Below, piece after piece: positions 37,612 to 46,903 of a DNA stretch of 64,000 bases. Numbering within the stretch: position 1 is the first letter of the stretch; each line of letters opens with the position of its first letter. Source of the DNA: an uncultured Clostridia bacterium. GTDB lineage: Bacteria > Bacillota > Clostridia > TANB77 > CAG-508. The position numbers were made by a program, and so were the translations under genes. Below the pieces are notes generated by a model. That model did not search any database. It was not told the DNA's origin and was given only the letters and a program-made list of their open reading frames with translations. Where the stretch lies: contig CALXFE010000005.1 in NCBI GenBank assembly GCA_944387545.1, positions 12,803 through 76,802 on the forward strand, written 5' to 3'.

Positions 37612-38502
37612 CTATTTTAATTCTATAATAGCTGTCTCTGTGTTATATGCTTTCTTTTCAATTCGATAGGAATGTATCCTATCTGAATGACAAACACTAC
37701 AAATTCCTGAATCAATAATATTTTGTGCCATTACTCCTTCTTGTTGAAGAAGAATTTTATTAATTAAAACCGTATCTATATTCCATTTTACATTCTTTAT
37801 TTTTTCTTCTATAAAGTCTGTTAACTGAATTGTTGTTTCTTGATTTTCTTTTTCTATATCGAAAAATTTAACATTTTTTAAATCGTAAAACTCTTTTTCA
37901 AACATATCTTTAACATCTTTATCTACTTCAAAATGACATTTTCTAATACTTGGGCAGATACAACATATGATATCTTGTGGGGCACATCCAAATTCTTTAA
38001 CCATGTTTCGAACAGTTTTTACTGAAATTCTTTGTAAAGTTCCTCTCCACCCAGAATGTGTATTGGCAATCACCTTTTTTACAGGGTCAAAAAACAATAA
38101 TAAAATACAATCTGCATTTGTTGTTGCTAACATTAACTGTGTTTTATTGGTCATTAATCCATCTTCTATTCCTTCTTCTGCCAAACTAAAATCCGGTTCA
38201 TTTATATTTACTTTTTTTTGAACATGTTTTATGATATCTGTATGATTTTGATTGGCTTGCACAATATGTGCATCATTACTTCCAATGCAATGACATAATT
38301 TCTTATATGATTCTCTTGCCAATTCTATTCTTTCTGGTGATGCTGGTTTTTGTTCCGCTGTTGTTGTCTTAAATCCTACATTTAATCCTAACGCATATGC
38401 ATGATGAATCACATCTTTGTATTCTAATAGTTTTCTAAATTGTAAATATTCTACTCCTCCATCCTTTATATGCACTACATTTTTATTGGATAAATCTTTC
38501 AT
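37612..38502 (-). CDS. pgeF: PgeF/YfiH/YlmD-family (laccase-domain) protein
   Basis: QNH, DGLMT, TNADCILL, HSGWRGT, PSIRKCHFEV and CSVC motifs. ATG 38502 follows GAGGTG. Confidence 0.85.
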   Translation of the reverse strand: MKDLSNKNVVHIKDGGVEYLQFRKLLEYKDVIHHAYALGLNVGFKTTTAEQKPASPERIELARESYKKLCHCIGSNDAHIVQANQNHTDIIKHVQKKVNINEPDFSLAEEGIEDGLMTNKTQLMLATTNADCILLLFFDPVKKVIANTHSGWRGTLQRISVKTVRNMVKEFGCAPQDIICCICPSIRKCHFEVDKDVKDMFEKEFYDLKNVKFFDIEKENQETTIQLTDFIEEKIKNVKWNIDTVLINKILLQQEGVMAQNIIDSGICSVCHSDRIHSYRIEKKAYNTETAIIELK

Positions 38503-38552
38503 ATCGTCACCTCTTAAAATAAACATATTGTTCATTTTATTTTTATTTTTCT

Positions 38553-39854
38553 TTACTCTTTTACTTGATTTAACTCATCATATTTTCTTTCTTCTTTAGA
38601 ATATTCTTCTGGTTTTAAACCAACTCTTCTTTTCATATATTTTCCTAATAAAATATAGATAATCGTAAATAAAACACCAATAATAATCATGCAATAAACC
38701 GTTGTCATTTTATCTAACAAGAAGGATGCTAGTAATCCTGCTAACATTCTAAAAACGCTTCTAAATAAATTATATGCCGCAAATATTTTGGTATCTATTT
38801 TTTCATTCGAAAAGTTTCTAAGATATCTATCTATAATTGTATAAAACATTCCCATCCCAAAATTATATATAAAGAATGATACTATAACAATTAGCAATAA
38901 AAATATATATTGTTTTGCTTCTATTCCAAATATCCCAGCAATAATTGTACTGATGGAAAGTATCATACAAATAGTAAATAAGGACTGATTTCTAAATTTA
39001 TTATGAAATTTTGCTTGTGTTTTAGAAGCATAAGAACTTACTAAACCACCAATTGCTGCAATAATTCCTATAATAAAAGAGGATAATCCTATATCTTCTT
39101 GTAAACTGACATGATATGTTTGTAATATGGATAGTAATGCATAGATTAGTGATGCACATAGTATTAAAGCTTTTAATCTTTCTGATTTTAATACAAATGT
39201 AAATCCTTCTTTTACATTTCGTATTTCTGTTTTATACATGAGTACAGCATTACCCTTTTTCTTTTTCTTGATTGGCTCTATAAATCCGATAGATAATATT
39301 GTAACAATAATTAATACAACTAAAGATAATGCAACTGGTAGGTATCCATTAATCGTAAATAAAGCACCTGCTATTACTTTTGAAATGGCATTAAACAAAT
39401 AGTATCCTGATGCTCCTTTAGCACTGATTTTAGAATATATTTGACTTTTATATCTTGATGGTGGAATGGATTCATTTAATAGACTCGGTTCTGCTACATT
39501 TTTAATGGTAAAAGACATTGCACTAAAAAATTCCGCTACAATCAAATCGAATAAGTTTCTACTCATCATGATGATAACCATATACAAGCAACTTAAAATA
39601 TTTCCTAATATAAGACTATTTTTTCTTCCTAAAAACTCTACAATTACATTAGCAGGAAGTTGTAATACAATACTAAAAAATGCATAAAATGTACTTTTTA
39701 ACATAACATCTGAAGCACTGATTCCTTTTACTTGGGTTAAAAACAAGAAATCAATTGTATAGAAAAATAAATAATCCCAAGCAAGTTTCTTATATGTTGG
39801 AAATATTCTCATATTTGTCTTTCTCATCATTTGTACATCTTCTTTATTCCCCAT
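38553..39854 (-). CDS. MFS transporter (paralog 2)
   Basis: About 12 hydrophobic segments; EFLGRKNSL MFS motif A-like. ATG 39854 follows AGGAGG. Confidence 0.85.
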   Translation of the reverse strand: MGNKEDVQMMRKTNMRIFPTYKKLAWDYLFFYTIDFLFLTQVKGISASDVMLKSTFYAFFSIVLQLPANVIVEFLGRKNSLILGNILSCLYMVIIMMSRNLFDLIVAEFFSAMSFTIKNVAEPSLLNESIPPSRYKSQIYSKISAKGASGYYLFNAISKVIAGALFTINGYLPVALSLVVLIIVTILSIGFIEPIKKKKKGNAVLMYKTEIRNVKEGFTFVLKSERLKALILCASLIYALLSILQTYHVSLQEDIGLSSFIIGIIAAIGGLVSSYASKTQAKFHNKFRNQSLFTICMILSISTIIAGIFGIEAKQYIFLLLIVIVSFFIYNFGMGMFYTIIDRYLRNFSNEKIDTKIFAAYNLFRSVFRMLAGLLASFLLDKMTTVYCMIIIGVLFTIIYILLGKYMKRRVGLKPEEYSKEERKYDELNQVKE

Positions 39855-39871
39855 GTTTCTCCTCCTTTTTT

Positions 39872-41158
39872 TCATTTGTTTTCTAATTCATCAAACTGAA
39901 GTTCCTCTTTTGCGTATTCTTCTGGTTTTAGACCAACTCTCGATTTCATATATCGGCTCATCAGTATCGTAAATAGAATTGCTAAAATACCTACAATAAG
40001 CATACAATACGATATATTCATTCTATCTAATAAAAATGAACCCATGATACCAATCACAGCACTTAATATACTTTTTAAGAAATTTTTTGCAGTAAATATT
40101 TTTGTATCAATCTTTTCATTTGAAAAATTTCTTAAATATCTTTCTGTTAATGGATAGTATATTCCTTGACAAGAATATCGAATTATATATGTAATAACAA
40201 TACCTATAACCAATACACTATACTGTTTTGCTATGATACCACATAGTCCTGCTATTAAAATGGTTCCTCCTATCATCGCAAATAATGTACATAAAGATTT
40301 ATTTCTATATTTTTCATGAAAAGCTTCTTGTTTGTTAGCTAATATTCCTGAAATAATTCCTAATATAGCAAAAACCATGCATAAGTATTTTGCTGATATG
40401 TCAAAATCTTCTAATAAACTTACTTCATAAGTTGCCATGAGACTTATCACACCACCTGATATTGCAGAAAATAAAATTAATGCTTTTAATCTTTCTGACT
40501 TTAGAATAAACTTAAAAGAATCTTTTATTTCCTTTAATTGATTAAATTCTTGTACTTTGTGTTTTTTCTTTTCATTTTGTGGTTCTATAAATCCTGTTGA
40601 TATCATTGTTACCAATATAGTTATGATGAGAGATAATATAATTGGTATATAGGGATTCATGTCGTAGAAAAACCCTGCCAATACAGTTGCTATTGCATTG
40701 ATTATATAATAGTTTGCCATTCCCTTTTGACTAATTTTTGCAAAAATTTTGCTTTTATATCTTGAAGGCGGTATTGATTCATTTAATAGTGCTGGATCCA
40801 CAGTTTCTTTAATACCAAATGCCAATGAAGACAATAACTCTGCTGTTATTAAGTTGAATAAATTGGTACTAAACATGACCACTAACATATAGATGCAATT
40901 CAAAAAATTAGCCAAAATCATGCTTCTTTTTCTTCCTAAATATTCTATAATAAATGTTGCTGGAACTTGCATAATAATTCCAAATAACGCATAGGAAGAA
41001 TCTATTAATACAACATCTGCTGGATTGATACCTTTTACTTGTGTTAAAAATAAGAAATTAGTCGTGTAAAAAAATATATAATCCCAGCTAAGCATTTTAT
41101 ATAAAGGAAATAATTTCATATTTCGCTTTCTCATTTGTACTTTTTCTTTTTCTACCAT
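39872..41158 (-). CDS. MFS transporter (paralog 1)
   Basis: About 12 hydrophobic segments; EYLGRKRSM; shares SIPPSRYKS and RVGLKPEEY with its neighbour. Confidence 0.85.
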   Translation of the reverse strand: MVEKEKVQMRKRNMKLFPLYKMLSWDYIFFYTTNFLFLTQVKGINPADVVLIDSSYALFGIIMQVPATFIIEYLGRKRSMILANFLNCIYMLVVMFSTNLFNLITAELLSSLAFGIKETVDPALLNESIPPSRYKSKIFAKISQKGMANYYIINAIATVLAGFFYDMNPYIPIILSLIITILVTMISTGFIEPQNEKKKHKVQEFNQLKEIKDSFKFILKSERLKALILFSAISGGVISLMATYEVSLLEDFDISAKYLCMVFAILGIISGILANKQEAFHEKYRNKSLCTLFAMIGGTILIAGLCGIIAKQYSVLVIGIVITYIIRYSCQGIYYPLTERYLRNFSNEKIDTKIFTAKNFLKSILSAVIGIMGSFLLDRMNISYCMLIVGILAILFTILMSRYMKSRVGLKPEEYAKEELQFDELENK

Positions 41159-41186
41159 AATCTTTCATTTCCTCTTCTGTTTTTAT

Positions 41187-44100
41187 TTATAAATTGTACC
41201 GAATTTCTTTTTCCATTTTTCTTATTATATCATCTTTTGTCAATTTGTGAACATAGTTGTATGTATTTTCTTTTTTTCTTGGATCAAAATGACAAATTGA
41301 TTTATATTCACAATATTCACATGGTGTTTTACCTTCTTTATAATATGGTTTCAAATCAATATTTCCATCAAAAATTTCTTTTCCAATTTCTTTTATTGTT
41401 TGATAAATATATTTTTGTAATATGTTAAATTCTTCTTGTTTCACCCCATTTGTCCATTTTTCAATAACCTCTCCTGATTTGCTAATCGCTGCTGGAACCA
41501 TTTTGGAAATACCAGTTGTTAAAGAATGATCATTCATTTTAATCACTTTTACATCTGCAATAATTAAGCCTTTCATTTTAAAATTTTTTCTAATTAATTC
41601 TTCTATTTCTTCATCTGATATTTTTTTATCTGCTTTTATCATCTGTTCTAAAAGTGAAAAGTAAAATATACCCGCTGGAATCAAATCCTCTTCTTTACAT
41701 ACGGCATCTGCATATGTTAATAGTTGTATTTGTAAGCCTGCATATACTTCATTTAAATCAATATTTTTGCTTGAAGACTTATAATCAATAATTCGTAAAT
41801 AATTTCCATCTTCTTCTTTTGCAATATCAATTCTATCAATCTTACCTGTAATTTCAATTCTTTTTCCATCTTGTAATTCTAATCGGATTGGCTGATATTC
41901 TCCTTTTGTATCAAATTCCACCTCTGTTCCTTTAATCGTAAAATCACTATAAATTAAGGTTTGAATAATGTATTTTAAAGCTTTGCTCACAATCTTTTTT
42001 AATCTTCTTACAAGAATCGTATATTTTACAGTTGCTTTAAACATATAATTTTTAGATAATTCTAAATCTTCGTCAATGATTTTAGAAACAATCTTTTGAA
42101 TATCTATTTCTTCTAGCTCAGCTAAATTTAAACCATTTTCATGTACATACTTAAAAAACTCGTCAATTGTTTCATGCATGAAAGAACCTGTATTAAAACT
42201 CTGAATTTTTAATTCTTCTTTTGGTTTAATTTTTAACCCATATTGTAAATAATAGGAAAATGGGCATCTTCTATATTGTTCTAATCTAGATACGCTTGTA
42301 TGTAACGTATTTCCATATAACTTATTCATATTCTGTTTTTTTAGTTTTTCAGGCATATTGGTATACTCAAATCCTTCCATATCTTGTTCTAATCTTGTAT
42401 TCCATGTAGGATTTTGTTTATACCAATCATATACGGCATACCATAATGTTTCTATATCTTCTTTGTTTTTTAGTTGATATAATTTTTCTAATAGCTCTTC
42501 ATATGTAATATTTTGATTTACAATCTCATACTTTTTATGAATAACATCACTTTGTTCTTCTAATTTGGGAAACATCTTCTTGATTTTATGAATGAAAATA
42601 GATGGTCTTAAAGCTTTTCCTTCGCTATCTGATGAAGCATATGATAAATACATCTCTTGTTCTGCAGTTGTTAAAACTTTATATATGTTAAAGTTTTCTT
42701 CATATAAATTTTCTAATGTTCCATTCGCCAATTCCATCCCATCATTTTTTAGTTGTTCCCTATCTGCATCATTTAAAAATCCTTCATCTTTATTCACACT
42801 TGGAAAAACACCATCATTTAGTCCAATCACAAATACAATCTCCACTTTATGGCTTCTTGTTCTATCTACATCTCCTAATGTGACTTGATCTTGTGTTGCT
42901 GGAATTTTGCCCAATTCGCTATTTTTTAATCCGATTTTTAAAATTTTGCTATAGGTATCTATACGCATTTTATCTTCTTGAAATACCAAAACAATTTCAT
43001 CTAAAATTTCTAGAATAATATTATAACTTTCAATATATTCATTTGCTAAATCGATTAGTCCATGTTCTTCTAGCCATTTCACTTTTTTAGCAATCTTTTC
43101 TTCTATCTTTTGTTCTTGCAAAAATGTATAGATTTGTTTGGTTATATTGATGGCTGTCTTTTCCTTATCTATATTTTGTTTTAATGTAACTAATGGCTCT
43201 ATGATTTGTTTTCTAATCTCATTTAGCCTTTCAACTTCTTGTTTTTTCGTCTCATCTTCCATTTCATATTTGAAATCTTCTTTCCATTTATTTCGTTTAA
43301 TTCCCCATTTTGTACAATAATTTTCTAATCGAAAGATTTCGTCTTCTTCTATATCTAAAAAACCTAATTTGATATAGTTAAACATTGCTTCATTTGTATA
43401 GTAATTTGTAAAAATTTCAAAGATAGAAAGTAAATATTGCACAATGATGTTTTGATTTAAGTCTCTTTTTTCATCAATAAATACTGGTATATCATATTTC
43501 GCAAAAATACTTCTGACTAAAGAAGAATACATATCTATATTCTTTGTAATAATGGCTATATCTTTATATCTCAAATTTTTTTCTCTTATCATTTTACAAA
43601 TGGTTTTTGCTACATATTCAATCTCTGAATATCTATTTTTAGATAAAAATAGATGTATGTTTTCCACATTTTTAGAATATTTTGTGGATTTTGTACTAAT
43701 GAAATTTTGACTTAAGACCTGTAATTCTTCATTTTTTAATCGATATTGCTTTTCTAAATGGATAGGCTCTTCTAACTTAAAGTGATTTTCATCAATCATT
43801 CTAATTAACTTTTTTAATGTTTGTTTATTCGAATAAAACACATCGATATCGTGATTGGTTTCCATCTCTAAATTATCAATACATATTGTAATATTCACTT
43901 GTTTTGCATATTTGATAAATTGCTTTATTACTTCATATTCTTGTGCTGTATAACCTGAAAATTCATCAATATAAATAACGCTATTTTTTATCCAACTTAA
44001 ATGCTCTATATTTTGTGCCAAGAAATCCAACAAATCAGTTTCTTCAATATAATTTTCCGCAATCTGTTCTTCATAATTTTGATAAATCAATCGGATATCT

Positions 44101-44552
44101 TCTAATTTGGTTTTTAAATATTTGTCTTCTATATTTCCAATTTCTTTATCTAATATCTCTAGTGTAATCCCATGTTTTTTTAATTCTGTAATACTTTGCA
44201 TCCCAATTTCAATATTTTCATCACTTTTCCCTAAAAATCGAAAATCATTTTGATGTTTTGACAAAATGGAATATATAAGCATGGCTTTTCCACATTTGGA
44301 TAAATTGGTTTTACTATTTCCTCCAATTTCATTTAAAGCTCTATTGGCCATTCTACTAAATGTAATGACCTCTGCATTCATCACAGCTTTTTCTTTTAAA
44401 AATCCCATTAAATTTTTCTCAGCTGTAAAGGAAAACTGTTCTGGCGTGATATAATATATATTTTCTTCTTTTTCTATTAAATTTGCAATTTCTGAAAAAC
44501 ACAAACTACTTTTCCCTGTTCCTGTTTTTCCATAAATCAACCTTAAACCCAT
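41187..44552 (-). CDS. addB: ATP-dependent helicase/nuclease subunit B
   Basis: GKTGTGKS, TPEQFSF, RCPF..GKIDRID..IIDYKSS..QLLTY and PCEYC..IC Fe-S cysteines. ATG 44552 follows AGGAG; the ORF-track extension lies in a repeat. Confidence 0.95.
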   Translation of the reverse strand: MGLRLIYGKTGTGKSSLCFSEIANLIEKEENIYYITPEQFSFTAEKNLMGFLKEKAVMNAEVITFSRMANRALNEIGGNSKTNLSKCGKAMLIYSILSKHQNDFRFLGKSDENIEIGMQSITELKKHGITLEILDKEIGNIEDKYLKTKLEDIRLIYQNYEEQIAENYIEETDLLDFLAQNIEHLSWIKNSVIYIDEFSGYTAQEYEVIKQFIKYAKQVNITICIDNLEMETNHDIDVFYSNKQTLKKLIRMIDENHFKLEEPIHLEKQYRLKNEELQVLSQNFISTKSTKYSKNVENIHLFLSKNRYSEIEYVAKTICKMIREKNLRYKDIAIITKNIDMYSSLVRSIFAKYDIPVFIDEKRDLNQNIIVQYLLSIFEIFTNYYTNEAMFNYIKLGFLDIEEDEIFRLENYCTKWGIKRNKWKEDFKYEMEDETKKQEVERLNEIRKQIIEPLVTLKQNIDKEKTAINITKQIYTFLQEQKIEEKIAKKVKWLEEHGLIDLANEYIESYNIILEILDEIVLVFQEDKMRIDTYSKILKIGLKNSELGKIPATQDQVTLGDVDRTRSHKVEIVFVIGLNDGVFPSVNKDEGFLNDADREQLKNDGMELANGTLENLYEENFNIYKVLTTAEQEMYLSYASSDSEGKALRPSIFIHKIKKMFPKLEEQSDVIHKKYEIVNQNITYEELLEKLYQLKNKEDIETLWYAVYDWYKQNPTWNTRLEQDMEGFEYTNMPEKLKKQNMNKLYGNTLHTSVSRLEQYRRCPFSYYLQYGLKIKPKEELKIQSFNTGSFMHETIDEFFKYVHENGLNLAELEEIDIQKIVSKIIDEDLELSKNYMFKATVKYTILVRRLKKIVSKALKYIIQTLIYSDFTIKGTEVEFDTKGEYQPIRLELQDGKRIEITGKIDRIDIAKEEDGNYLRIIDYKSSSKNIDLNEVYAGLQIQLLTYADAVCKEEDLIPAGIFYFSLLEQMIKADKKISDEEIEELIRKNFKMKGLIIADVKVIKMNDHSLTTGISKMVPAAISKSGEVIEKWTNGVKQEEFNILQKYIYQTIKEIGKEIFDGNIDLKPYYKEGKTPCEYCEYKSICHFDPRKKENTYNYVHKLTKDDIIRKMEKEIRYNL

Positions 44553-44574
44553 AATTCTCTCCTTTTTGTCCTTT

Positions 44575-44608
44575 TGTCCTTTTGGGGACGTTTCCTGATG
44601 GGACATTT
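44575..44608 (+). repeat. GGGAC repeat, type II, copy D
   Basis: TGTCCTTTTGGGGACGTTTCCTGATGGGACATTT; 30/34 identical to the reverse complement of 44722-44755. Confidence 0.85.
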
Positions 44609-44687
44609 CTACGTTACGCTTTTTTAAGTTTATTCATTTTACTATATTTTCTTTATTAGTCTTTTACAAATTGTATTATACAATAAA

Positions 44688-44717
44688 AAAAATAGCAAGA
44701 TTTTTCTTGCTATTTTT
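44688..44717 (-). terminator. Intrinsic terminator after ptsI
   Basis: 13-bp inverted repeat AAAAATAGCAAGA/TCTTGCTATTTTT. Confidence 0.75.
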
Positions 44718-44721
44718 CTAT

Positions 44722-44755
44722 AAATGTCCCAAACAGAAACGTCCCCAAAAGGACA
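44722..44755 (-). repeat. GGGAC repeat, type II, copy E
   Basis: Reverse complement TGTCCTTTTGGGGACGTTTCTGTTTGGGACATTT, starting immediately after the ptsI TAA. Confidence 0.85.
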
Positions 44756-46447
44756 TTATTGTTTTAATCTTTTTTCTACTTCTTCTGCAGATGCCATCTG
44801 TAAAATTTCTTCACTAAGTTTGACACATGCTTCTTTGTCTAAGTTATTAATTGTTTTTCTAGCTCTTAATATATTATTAGCGTTCATTGAAAATTCATCT
44901 AATCCTAGCCCAACTAGAAGTGGTATAAAAGTTGGATCTCCTGCTGCTTCTCCACACATTCCACAGATAATATTTGCTGAATGTGCTCCATCTATTGCTT
45001 GTTTTATTAATTTTATGACTGCAGGATGATATTTGGTATATAGTTTAGAAATCTTTTCATTTCCTCTTTCTACTGCCACAGTATATTGAATCAAATCATT
45101 TGTTCCTATACTAAAGAAATCACATTCTTTGGCTAATTTGTCTGCTATTAAGGCTGCTGATGGAATTTCAATCATAATTCCTACTTGAATATCTTTGTCA
45201 TATAAAATATTTTCATTGTCTAATTCTTGTTTACATTCTTCTAATACTTGTTTTGCAGATCTTAATTCTTCTACAGAAGATATCATTGGAAACATGATGG
45301 CTAGTTTTCCAAATGCACTTGCTCTTAATATAGCTCTTAATTGTGTTTTAAATATTGTTGGATTATCTAAACATAGTCTGATTGCTCTATATCCTAAAAA
45401 TGGATTTGCTTCTTTTTCTAGTTTTAGATATTTTAGTTCTTTATCTCCTCCAATATCTAATGTTCTGATGATTGCTTCTTTATCTTTCATAATTTCTGCT
45501 ACTTGTTTATATGCTTCAAATTGACTTTCTTCTGATGGCATGGTATCACTATCCATATATAAGAATTCACTTCTTAACAGCCCAACACCTTCTGCCGTAT
45601 TATTTACGGCAATTTCAGCATCTGCCGGAAGTCCAATATTAGCATATAATTTTACTTTTGTTCCATCTTTTGTCATACTTTCTGTATTTTTATATTTTTC
45701 TAGTTCTGTTTTTTCTTCTTCTAACTGTTTTTCTAAATCTAGTAACTTTTGTTTTTCTTCCTCAGTTGGATTTACATAGATTTCTCCTGATGTACCATTA
45801 ATAGCAACACTTTCACCATCTTTAAAGATCTTGGTAGCATCTTCTACTTTTGTAATTGCTGGAATTGTATGCGTTCTTGCCATAATAGAAGTATGTGAAT
45901 TTTCTCCGCCTACTTCTGTGATAATTCCAGATACATTTTTAAAATCTAATTTTGCAGTTTCAGAAGTTGTTAGTTCTGTCGTTACGATAATTGTATTTAG
46001 ATTTAGATTCGTTAAATCAATGGTTTCTTCGTTTAACAATTTTCCTAATACTCTATCTTTTATATCTAAAATATCTCTCGACCTTGAAGCCATATATGCA
46101 TCATCCATATTTTCAAAAATCTGTATCACACTATTAAATCCAACTTCTACAGCATATTCTGCATTATACTTGGAATTTTTAATCGCATTTTCTGTTTCTG
46201 AAATTAATGAAGGATCTTGCATAATCATTAAATATGCTTGCATAATATCTGCTTCTGTCCCACTCAAATTTTTCATTTGTATTTCTGTTTCATGGATAAC
46301 TTGGTTTAATGCTTTATGAAGTCTTTCTAATTCATCCGCTACTTGTTCATTTTCTATCGTTTTCTTTTCTATTTTTCTTTCTACTTTTTTTAAAACAACT
46401 ATATTTCCAAATCCTATACCACTTGAAATACCTTTTCCTTTTAGCAT
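44756..46447 (-). CDS. ptsI: PEP-protein phosphotransferase (PTS enzyme I)
   Basis: GGENSHTSIMAR (phospho-His), GVGLLRSEF, IRTLDIGGDK, SIGTNDLIQY and GMCGE motifs. Confidence 0.97.
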   Translation of the reverse strand: MLKGKGISSGIGFGNIVVLKKVERKIEKKTIENEQVADELERLHKALNQVIHETEIQMKNLSGTEADIMQAYLMIMQDPSLISETENAIKNSKYNAEYAVEVGFNSVIQIFENMDDAYMASRSRDILDIKDRVLGKLLNEETIDLTNLNLNTIIVTTELTTSETAKLDFKNVSGIITEVGGENSHTSIMARTHTIPAITKVEDATKIFKDGESVAINGTSGEIYVNPTEEEKQKLLDLEKQLEEEKTELEKYKNTESMTKDGTKVKLYANIGLPADAEIAVNNTAEGVGLLRSEFLYMDSDTMPSEESQFEAYKQVAEIMKDKEAIIRTLDIGGDKELKYLKLEKEANPFLGYRAIRLCLDNPTIFKTQLRAILRASAFGKLAIMFPMISSVEELRSAKQVLEECKQELDNENILYDKDIQVGIMIEIPSAALIADKLAKECDFFSIGTNDLIQYTVAVERGNEKISKLYTKYHPAVIKLIKQAIDGAHSANIICGMCGEAAGDPTFIPLLVGLGLDEFSMNANNILRARKTINNLDKEACVKLSEEILQMASAEEVEKRLKQ

Positions 46448-46538
46448 CTGTATCCTTCCTTATCTTATATATGTATTTAGGTTTTATGGATAAACCTATA
46501 AACCTTTATGTTTCATAAAAACTGTAACTAAAATTTTA

Positions 46539-46811
46539 TTATTTTTGTTCTTCACCAAAATTATTTTCAAACCCTTTTATGATTTCTGACAAAGCTTTTT
46601 CTTCATCTTCTCCATCACATTCTATTTCAATTTCTGTATTATATTTGATTCCTGCTGACATGATACCTAATATAGATTTTGCATCAACAGTTTTGCCATT
46701 CACATGCAATTTTATTGTACTTGTAAATGATCCGGCAAGTTTTGCAAGTTCACTTGCTGGTCTTGCATGTAATCCTGTTTCATTTTTTAGTGTAATTTTT
46801 TCTTTTACCAT
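46539..46811 (-). CDS. ptsH: Phosphocarrier protein HPr
   Basis: GLHARPA (His15) and DAKSILGIM (Ser46). Confidence 0.95.
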   Translation of the reverse strand: MVKEKITLKNETGLHARPASELAKLAGSFTSTIKLHVNGKTVDAKSILGIMSAGIKYNTEIEIECDGEDEEKALSEIIKGFENNFGEEQK

Positions 46812-46903
46812 AATGATTCACGTTCCTTTCCCAAAGCATAATCTGGTTGTCCAGTTGGAAAAATAATTGCATCTTCCATCTTTTTTAATCTTTACCTTAT
46901 TTC

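Noticed and set aside
44553-44606. N-terminal extension of AddB (MSHQETSPKG...) and the plus-strand ORF 44724-45029 (MSQTETSPKG...)
   Set aside because: Both are translations of the GGGAC repeat; the real addB RBS precedes ATG 44552.
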